Below, one piece after another: positions 57,767-64,000 of a stretch of DNA of 64,000 nucleotides. The stretch lies in assembly GCA_021129515.1 (NCBI GenBank), contig JAJOLD010000001.1, positions 61,633 to 125,632 on the forward strand, written 5' to 3'. Position numbers and translations under genes: made by a program. Source of the stretch: Minisyncoccota bacterium. Its GTDB lineage: Bacteria > Patescibacteriota > Minisyncoccia > Phycocordibacterales > UBA918. How positions within the stretch are numbered: the stretch's first letter is position 1; every line of letters starts with the position of its first letter. The notes below the pieces were generated by a model. The model worked only from the letters and a program-made list of their open reading frames with translations, did not search any database and had not been told where the DNA came from.

Positions 57767-58117
57767 TTACTCGGTTACTTCTAGATTATGCATACGAAGC
57801 TTCTGAAGCTTGTTCTTAGGAAGCATGCCGTTTACTACGCGACGTACTACCTCAGCGTATCCTCGTCGTGCTGCGAGGTGTCCGAGGGTTTCTTCCTTGC
57901 GTCCCCCTGGGTATCCAGAATAGGTCTGAAATACTTCAGTCGCTCGTTTTTCTGAGATATCAAGCTTGCTTGCGTTCTCGATTTTGACCGTTACAGGTGC
58001 AACTACATTTTTTGCAAACTCAGGAGTATCTTTCCCAATGAGTATAGTTGCAGCTTCAGTTGCTACACGACCAAGTCGCTTCCCTGTTGCGTCGATGATG
58101 TGTTCTCGTGTTTCCAT
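57767..58117 (-). CDS. rplM: 50S ribosomal protein L13
   Basis: IIDATGKRLGRVATEAATILIGK. The ORF-track N-terminal extension overlaps rplQ and was trimmed to Met 58117. Confidence 0.9.
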   Translation of the reverse strand: METREHIIDATGKRLGRVATEAATILIGKDTPEFAKNVVAPVTVKIENASKLDISEKRATEVFQTYSGYPGGRKEETLGHLAARRGYAEVVRRVVNGMLPKNKLQKLRMHNLEVTE

Positions 58118-58121
58118 ATAC

Positions 58122-58475
58122 CTATACAAATTCGATAACTGCCTCCTCACGTCCGGCAGGAGTTGAACCAGTCTTAATGATACGGGTGTAGCCACCGTCT
58201 CGATCCTTATAATTCACTGCAATCTCATCAAAGAGTTTTTTAATAACATCGCTCCGTGGTTCACCAAGCTTTGTTGCAGCGTTTCGACGTGCAGCAACAG
58301 TTCCTTGCTTTCCATAGGTGACGAGTCGTTCTACGTATGGACGAAGTTCTTTTGCCTTTGCCTTCGTAGTCTGAATCTTTCCGTGTTCAATCAACGAGAT
58401 TGCAAGGGTGCGCAAAAGTGCTGTACGTCCACGACGGGTTCGTCCGAATATTCTGTTTTTATTATGGTGACGCAT
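58122..58475 (-). CDS. rplQ: 50S ribosomal protein L17
   Basis: MRHHNKNRIFGRTRRGRTALLRTLA... Confidence 0.95.
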   Translation of the reverse strand: MRHHNKNRIFGRTRRGRTALLRTLAISLIEHGKIQTTKAKAKELRPYVERLVTYGKQGTVAARRNAATKLGEPRSDVIKKLFDEIAVNYKDRDGGYTRIIKTGSTPAGREEAVIEFV

Positions 58476-58498
58476 AATGCTTAGTAATCAGTTAGAGC

Positions 58499-59461
58499 TT
58501 AATCTTTGAGCTGGATACCCATATCCTTAAGGAGCACTTCAATCTCTTCAAGTCCTTTGTCTCCAATACCGTCGAGCGCAAGAATATCATCTTTTTTCTT
58601 TCGCACAAGTCCTCCGACAGTGCGGATGTTTGCATGTTCAAGTGCTGCAAGGGTTCGACCCGACAGGTCAAGTGTTTCGATGCGTGTTTTGAGCGCGTCA
58701 GAATCCACTTCTTGCTCCTCAGCTTCAGCCGCTTCGGGAAGTACTTCTTCTTCTGGCTCAGGAGTATCTTCTTGGAATCCAATCACTGCTTTGAGCTGGT
58801 GAATCATGATTTCAATAGAATTTTCAAGCGCTTCACGAGGTGTGAGTGTGCCGTCAGTTTCCACAAATACACGCAGACGGTTGTAATCAGTACGGTCGCT
58901 GACACGCATGTTCTCTACTTCGTAGTTTACGCGGCGGATTGGGGTAAACACGGCATCAAGGGCAATAGTACCGATTTCAACTTTGTCCTTCTGGTGTACT
59001 TCGCGTGGCACGTAGCCGAGTCCTTGCTCAACCGTCATCTCAACTTCAAGCTTAGTGCTTTTGTTGGTGATTTCTGCGATTGGCTGTTCTGGGTTCAACA
59101 CCTCGATTTGTGATGGCGCTTCAATCTGTGCAGCCGTTACTACTCCCTGACCGTTTGCCTTAAGCGTCATGGTCACAGGCTCATCGCCATGCATTGCGAT
59201 ACGAACACGCTTGAGGTTAAGCAGCATAGTAATAACATCCTCCTTTACACCTGCAAGGGTGGCAAATTCGTGCTCTGCACCATCAATTTTTACCTGCGTA
59301 ATTGCAGCACCCGGAAGTGATGAAAGAATGATACGACGAAGTGAATTACCGAGGGTATGTCCGTACCCTGGGTAGAGCCCGTCAATTTCAAACGTTCCCT
59401 GAAATTTATCTTCAGATACAACTCGTGGCTTTGATGGTAGTGTTACATTTGTCTCAAGCAT
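58499..59461 (-). CDS. rpoA: DNA-directed RNA polymerase alpha subunit
   Basis: N-terminal dimerisation domain and C-terminal alpha-CTD (LDLSGRTLAALEHANIRTVGGL). Confidence 0.95.
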   Translation of the reverse strand: MLETNVTLPSKPRVVSEDKFQGTFEIDGLYPGYGHTLGNSLRRIILSSLPGAAITQVKIDGAEHEFATLAGVKEDVITMLLNLKRVRIAMHGDEPVTMTLKANGQGVVTAAQIEAPSQIEVLNPEQPIAEITNKSTKLEVEMTVEQGLGYVPREVHQKDKVEIGTIALDAVFTPIRRVNYEVENMRVSDRTDYNRLRVFVETDGTLTPREALENSIEIMIHQLKAVIGFQEDTPEPEEEVLPEAAEAEEQEVDSDALKTRIETLDLSGRTLAALEHANIRTVGGLVRKKKDDILALDGIGDKGLEEIEVLLKDMGIQLKD

Positions 59462-59500
59462 AGTAATTGCTAATTAGTGGTGAATAATAATTGGTTCCTA

Positions 59501-60109
59501 CTATCGGCTATAGTACTCAAGTACTTGCTGTGGATCGAACTGTGTTTCTGAAGGTTCGTATGTCGGCATATCTTTCATTTCTCCAGAGAGTTTCTTCAAG
59601 TCAAAACCGAGCCAGTTTGGCACACCTGCTGCTTCATGCGTATCAACAAGTGTTGCAAAGAGTGGAGATTCTACACTACGAGCTCGTACCGCAACGGTAT
59701 CGCCTACGCGCACTTTGTGTGATGGTACTTTTACACGCTTTCCATTTACGTCGATATGTCCATGTGCAACGATTTGTCGTGCAGCCTGACGAGTCTTTGC
59801 GAGCCCGAGGCGGAATATAACGTTATCAAGACGTGATTCAAGTCGACCAACAAGCAAGGTAACTGGCTGATGACTCTTTGCAGTTGCTTCATCAACATAG
59901 CGGCGGAGCTGCTTTTCTGAGATACCGTAGGTAAAGCGCATCTTTTGTTTTTCGATAAGCTGACGCTTATAGTCACTCATCTGACCAGGACGCTTGCGGT
60001 TGGTACGACCAGAGCGCTGCTCTGAAAGTGCAAATTTTGCAGTTTGTGTTTTTGCAAAGATTGGTGCGCCAAGACGCTTTGCAATTTTATATTTTGGACC
60101 AATTATCAT
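59501..60109 (-). CDS. rpsD: 30S ribosomal protein S4
   Basis: S4 N-terminal region plus S4 RNA-binding domain. Confidence 0.95.
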   Translation of the reverse strand: MIIGPKYKIAKRLGAPIFAKTQTAKFALSEQRSGRTNRKRPGQMSDYKRQLIEKQKMRFTYGISEKQLRRYVDEATAKSHQPVTLLVGRLESRLDNVIFRLGLAKTRQAARQIVAHGHIDVNGKRVKVPSHKVRVGDTVAVRARSVESPLFATLVDTHEAAGVPNWLGFDLKKLSGEMKDMPTYEPSETQFDPQQVLEYYSR

Positions 60110-60122
60110 AATGCATTAATTA

Positions 60123-60554
60123 CTACACGCGACGCTCTTTCGGTGCACGAGGACCGTTAAATGGTACCGGTGTATGATCAGTAATCTTAGTAATAGCAAT
60201 ACCTTTTCCAGCAAATGCTCGAAGTGCAGACTCACGACCCGGACCTACACCACGTACAACAATAGTTGCCTCCTTCATACCCATCTGCTGTGCTTTTTCA
60301 CCGATTACTTCACCCACCTTTGCAGCTGCAAACGGTGTACTCTTTCGAGACCCCTTGAAGCCAAGCGCGCCGCTTGACGCAGCAATAATCGCATTTCCTT
60401 TTGTGTCTGCAAGCGTGAGGATGGTGTTATTAAATGTTGCAAGAATATTAAGTGTACCTGCTGCAACTTTCTTTTTTGGTACACGAGTAAGGGCACGTGA
60501 TGTACCTGCCACGTCAGAACCGCCCTTTTTCTTTATGATTCGTTTCTTACCCAT
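60123..60554 (-). CDS. rpsK: 30S ribosomal protein S11
   Basis: Full-length S11 match. Confidence 0.95.
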   Translation of the reverse strand: MGKKRIIKKKGGSDVAGTSRALTRVPKKKVAAGTLNILATFNNTILTLADTKGNAIIAASSGALGFKGSRKSTPFAAAKVGEVIGEKAQQMGMKEATIVVRGVGPGRESALRAFAGKGIAITKITDHTPVPFNGPRAPKERRV

Positions 60555-60583
60555 AGGAATGTTGAATATCTAGATAGCAAATA

Positions 60584-60961
60584 TTAAGTCTTTTCGAGCT
60601 TACGACGACCAGATCCCATAGTCTTCTTAACCCCCTTCAATGTGCGTGCATTGGTCTTGGTACGCTGACCCCGCGCAGGGAGACGACGTGCATGTCGCAT
60701 GCCTCGGTACGATGTAATGTCTTTGAGGCGCTTAATATTAGCTGAAACTTCACGCTTGAGTTCCCCTTCAATAGTAAACGACTCTATTTTGTCACGAATA
60801 GCATTCTCCTGATCTGTTGAGAGATTGGTTGGCTTCTGTGATGCTTCAATATTGAGTTCTGCAAGAATCTGCTCAGCACGTGCGCGACCAATACCGTATA
60901 CGGCAGTCAAGCCGTATCCGAGTTGTTTTGTGTCTGGAATTGTAATACCTGAAATTCGCAT
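60584..60961 (-). CDS. rpsM: 30S ribosomal protein S13
   Basis: MRISGITIPDTKQLGYGLTAVYGIGRARA... Confidence 0.95.
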   Translation of the reverse strand: MRISGITIPDTKQLGYGLTAVYGIGRARAEQILAELNIEASQKPTNLSTDQENAIRDKIESFTIEGELKREVSANIKRLKDITSYRGMRHARRLPARGQRTKTNARTLKGVKKTMGSGRRKLEKT

Positions 60962-60969
60962 ATGTAATA

Positions 60970-61086
60970 TTAACCTTGTCGCTGCTTATGGCGAGGCTTT
61001 TTCTTATTAATGACGTATACACGCCCGCGCCGGCGAACAATAATGTCGTCCGGGCTCATTTTTTTAACTGATGATCGTACCTTCAT
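60970..61086 (-). CDS. rpmJ: 50S ribosomal protein L36, lacking the zinc-ribbon cysteines
   Basis: [38 protein letters not shown]; the canonical C-x2-C...C...H residues are replaced. Confidence 0.8.
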   Translation of the reverse strand: MKVRSSVKKMSPDDIIVRRRGRVYVINKKKPRHKQRQG

Positions 61087-61223
61087 ATGTTTCTTTATGA
61101 AATTTCCTACACACTGTAGATGCATATGCTCCAGGTGCAAAAATGTTGCGCTGATGCCGTATCGCAATACGGCAATTGAACAAGATTTCGAAACTGGTGC
61201 AGATGCGTTACGTATGGAAGAAA

Positions 61224-61448
61224 TTACAGACGTTTAGTTATGCGCCCTTTACCACCGTAGGGGTCCGGGACAATCGCAACTTTATCGCCCACAAGTACAC
61301 GTATGCGAAACTTCCGCATCTTACCTGCGAGGTATGCGATTTGTGATTCTTCTTCTCCGTCTATCAGAACACGAAAAAGGGCGTTCGGTAACGCCTCTTC
61401 TACCGTTCCGTAGATGAGTTTTTCCTTGTCTGAATGTTCTTGCATCAA
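61224..61448 (-). CDS. infA: Translation initiation factor IF-1
   Basis: [14 protein letters not shown]...[16 protein letters not shown]...GRI S1-like fold. Confidence 0.9.
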   Translation of the reverse strand: MMQEHSDKEKLIYGTVEEALPNALFRVLIDGEEESQIAYLAGKMRKFRIRVLVGDKVAIVPDPYGGKGRITKRL

Positions 61449-61489
61449 ACGACAATGACTTTAACAAAGTTGCTGGATTTCGTCAACTC

Positions 61490-62842
61490 CTATGCATCTG
61501 GTTTATCCCCAATGACGGTGTGTACCTCAATCTCAGAAACAGTATCAGGGAATGCTTGTTTCCAAAATGGTCGAACCACAGCCTCGGCACGTTCAATTGC
61601 AGGATACCCAGACAACACATTTGGTAACGCAGTCTTCGATACACCAGTAATATCATTGAGCAATGCGGCGTCGTTATACTGCCACACAATACGCGATTGT
61701 CCTGCAAGGTTAAATGAGAGTTCCGTGTGCGGCGCGATATCACTCGTAGTGGTCGTTGGTGAGGTATACGCAAAGGTCAATGTAAATGGATCTGGCAGTG
61801 CAACTGGCGCACCTTCATATCCCGCGACGGTGTTTTTAGCGAGATATGCAGCAAATTCTGATTCCTTGAAAATAGGCACCTGCAGCCGTGCACGCTCCTT
61901 GATAGTTGCAAGCTCATTCCCATACTCAGTTGCTGGCAACGTGTCGAAGGCAAAGGTCACAGCATCTGGATAGAGCACAAAACCTGCAGGACGTTCTTCA
62001 TCAATACGCGCGAGTAGTGCATTGCGCAACTCAAGCTGGAGCGCCTGCTTTGCTGTCGTGAGTTCGTCGTCATCAATAATAAACCGCTTCCCTTCAAAAC
62101 CGCCCATGAAGCCTGTGTTAGATGTTGCGTACATCTTGTCGTACTGCTCGCTTCCCTTCAGACCGGGAATGGTAAATTGTCCTGCAGCAATGTTGTATTG
62201 CTCACCGGTACCATCGGCAAATACTGTTGCGGTAATAACACCAGGCACCAGCTTCCCATCCGCATCTTTGGTAGCACCAGGCACCACAACCGATTCATTG
62301 ATACGGAAAATGAGCCCCTCTGGTGATTCGAATCGGGTGTTTTTAATGAGTCGCTGTGTATCTGTACTGTATGCGTTATAAATGAAAATATCGCCCATTG
62401 CCCGCTCTGACACCTCTTCTTGCCCGGTTGCCGACACCTGCCGCTCGCCGTCGGCTTCAATGGTCAGCAATTCATAACTCAACTCACCAGCACCCGGTGT
62501 GCGGTGTGCGGTAAAGGTTGCCTGGACCGTTGCGTCCTTAAACTTAGGATAGACTGTAATTTCTGCACCACTGAGGAGCGTGCTCATAAAGAACCCACCT
62601 CCCAAAATAAGTGCAGCAACAATCGCAGCAGTAAACACCCGCTTGCGCTTAGACGCGCCACCATCGAGAATTTCAAGTGTGGTCACATCGTCAGTATGCT
62701 CAGTATGCGACGGCTCATGTGCGGGTCGCCGCGTCGGGCGCACCATATCCTGTTGTGGACGATTCGATGCCTTTGGGCGCGCGCTACTCCGCTGCGGTCG
62801 TTCAGGCGGCTTAATATCCTGGAGATTCCATTTTTGTGACAT
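61490..62842 (-). CDS. Hypothetical bitopic membrane protein (basic cytoplasmic N-terminus, single TM, large extracytoplasmic domain)
   Basis: TM FTAAIVAALILGGGFFMSTLL around aa 70-92; 350-aa C-terminal domain with no recognised family. Confidence 0.55.
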   Translation of the reverse strand: MSQKWNLQDIKPPERPQRSSARPKASNRPQQDMVRPTRRPAHEPSHTEHTDDVTTLEILDGGASKRKRVFTAAIVAALILGGGFFMSTLLSGAEITVYPKFKDATVQATFTAHRTPGAGELSYELLTIEADGERQVSATGQEEVSERAMGDIFIYNAYSTDTQRLIKNTRFESPEGLIFRINESVVVPGATKDADGKLVPGVITATVFADGTGEQYNIAAGQFTIPGLKGSEQYDKMYATSNTGFMGGFEGKRFIIDDDELTTAKQALQLELRNALLARIDEERPAGFVLYPDAVTFAFDTLPATEYGNELATIKERARLQVPIFKESEFAAYLAKNTVAGYEGAPVALPDPFTLTFAYTSPTTTTSDIAPHTELSFNLAGQSRIVWQYNDAALLNDITGVSKTALPNVLSGYPAIERAEAVVRPFWKQAFPDTVSEIEVHTVIGDKPDA

Positions 62843-62860
62843 AGGTATAGTATAGCTTCT

Positions 62861-64000
62861 TTACGACATCTCGAGGTCACCACAACCATGTAATTTGTGG
62901 AAAAATCGACTGCTGAGTGCAATAAAGATATCAGGGTTCTGTGTCTGTGCTGTTTCCTGTAAGAGTGCTGCGCGTAATTCAAGGGCAGTATAGGTGCTTT
63001 TGCTCCGTGACTCCATCGTCGTTGGTAACAAAGTACTAAAGAGTGTCTCTAATTCTGGATCAGCAGTCACAATCATAGTGAGTGGTATCCGCCGACTCTT
63101 CTGTAATGAATCAAATACCGTACCTACTGACTCTGTGTATGTAGCAAGCGCTTTTTTAATCACGCTCATATTACTTGGTGCTAAGGTGCCTTCTGCATGC
63201 GACCTGAGCAAGGATACCGCATCATCATGTGTGCCTTTTGTCTGCTCCTGCACCGCACGCACCAGTGTGTGACTCCCCGTGGGTACATGCGACGTCTCTC
63301 GCAACACACCCACTTCAACAATACCAATCTCAGTTGATTCACTGGTGATATCAACAATACAAAATGATGGCATCTCTGAAAACAAATCACGCATCACACA
63401 ATACGCAACCAACATATAGGTATGTACCGAAATTGATGCATTCACAAAGGTCTTATCATGCATTTCATCAATTGTTTCAAGCATTGCCCCTGGAATCAGC
63501 CCCGTGATGTGTGACAGGTCGATGGTCGTACCTTTGAGCCCCACTGGATCTTTTACCAGATATCCATTAACACGGACATCGACAGTATTGCGCTCAACAA
63601 CGTGTAATCCAAGTTTTTCAATAATTGCTGACTCTTCAAGGGTATTTGCAATTTCATCTTCAGCACTCGCAATTAAGTCTGCAATTAATCCTTTAGTAAT
63701 ACGGTCACGCTCCTCATGGTCATATGAGATACTGCGCGAAATAGTGTGTGACCAGGGTGATGAGCACGTCACCAACACCTTTTCTATCGTGGCATGTTTT
63801 GCATGCGCACGTAATGCCGCTAATCCGTCACCATTGAGTACCAGCAATGCCGCAAAGAGTGCCTCGCGCAACTTACGCATACGCACATCACGGTTTTTTG
63901 ATATCGCACCCGTTGTGCGTAAATACTCTCGGTGTGTAAAGAGAAGCTGCGGTACAGCAGCACCTTCACGAGACGCAACAACCCCAACCCCAACACTTCC
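62861..64000 (-). CDS. Actin-fold (FtsA/PilM- or Ppx/GppA-like) ATPase domain protein; N-terminus beyond the window
   Basis: The reading frame stays open to the window edge. IVDITSESTEIGIVEVGVL...PTGSHTLVRAV resembles the second subdomain of actin-like ATPases. Confidence 0.45.
   Translation of the reverse strand, partial: GSVGVGVVASREGAAVPQLLFTHREYLRTTGAISKNRDVRMRKLREALFAALLVLNGDGLAALRAHAKHATIEKVLVTCSSPWSHTISRSISYDHEERDRITKGLIADLIASAEDEIANTLEESAIIEKLGLHVVERNTVDVRVNGYLVKDPVGLKGTTIDLSHITGLIPGAMLETIDEMHDKTFVNASISVHTYMLVAYCVMRDLFSEMPSFCIVDITSESTEIGIVEVGVLRETSHVPTGSHTLVRAVQEQTKGTHDDAVSLLRSHAEGTLAPSNMSVIKKALATYTESVGTVFDSLQKSRRIPLTMIVTADPELETLFSTLLPTTMESRSKSTYTALELRAALLQETAQTQNPDIFIALSSRFFHKLHGCGDLEMS

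Noticed and set aside
1-64000. Possible alternative genetic code (in-frame TAA in the 9464-9934 fragments; GTG/TTG starts)
   Set aside because: All confidently identified genes end with standard stops including TGA, and long uninterrupted ORFs are obtained with code 11. There is no evidence for reassignment.
1-64000. CRISPR arrays, tRNA and rRNA genes
   Set aside because: No regularly spaced direct repeats were found. No T-loop (GTTCRANYC) or acceptor-stem pattern convincing for a tRNA was found by eye, but a tRNAscan/Infernal run is needed to be sure.

Overview
This 64 kb window looks like a compact, gene-dense bacterial chromosome segment of roughly mid-40s % GC. It uses the standard genetic code: TAA, TAG and TGA are all seen at annotated gene ends or as in-frame stops, and TGA is not recoded. 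Several genes are short and many are hypothetical. PheS and UvrA are shorter than in model bacteria, and some proteins carry lysine- or arginine-rich tails. This is reminiscent of small-genome lineages, but that is only an inference. Most of the window is housekeeping: uvrB (3' end) and uvrA; a DEAD-box helicase; mltG; a cold-shock protein; dgkA; a pseudouridine synthase; a cell-wall block (murI, an M23 peptidase, murG, ftsW, mraY, a D-Ala-D-Ala carboxypeptidase); gltX; scpA/scpB; pepA; aspS, trpS and pheST; grpE-dnaK-dnaJ; and a ribosomal block rpsI-rplM-rplQ-rpoA-rpsD-rpsK-rpsM-rpmJ-infA. The most interesting material is non-coding or mobile, in five groups. (1) Two REP-associated tyrosine transposase (RAYT, IS200/Y1-like) genes, each flanked by its own family of perfect palindromes, plus a third palindrome family with no RAYT in the window. 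(2) A probable T-box leader upstream of aspS. (3) A Gram-positive-type SOS box (GAAC-N4-GTTC) inside a consensus promoter driving a small ORF plus lexA, and a standalone UmuD-like S24 peptidase with no canonical start codon. (4) An apparent in-frame fusion of the first ~33 residues of a response regulator to the ATPase half of a histidine kinase. (5) Several highly structured intergenic regions, likely frameshifted genes, and pseudogene remnants. No rRNA, tRNA or CRISPR array was recognised.
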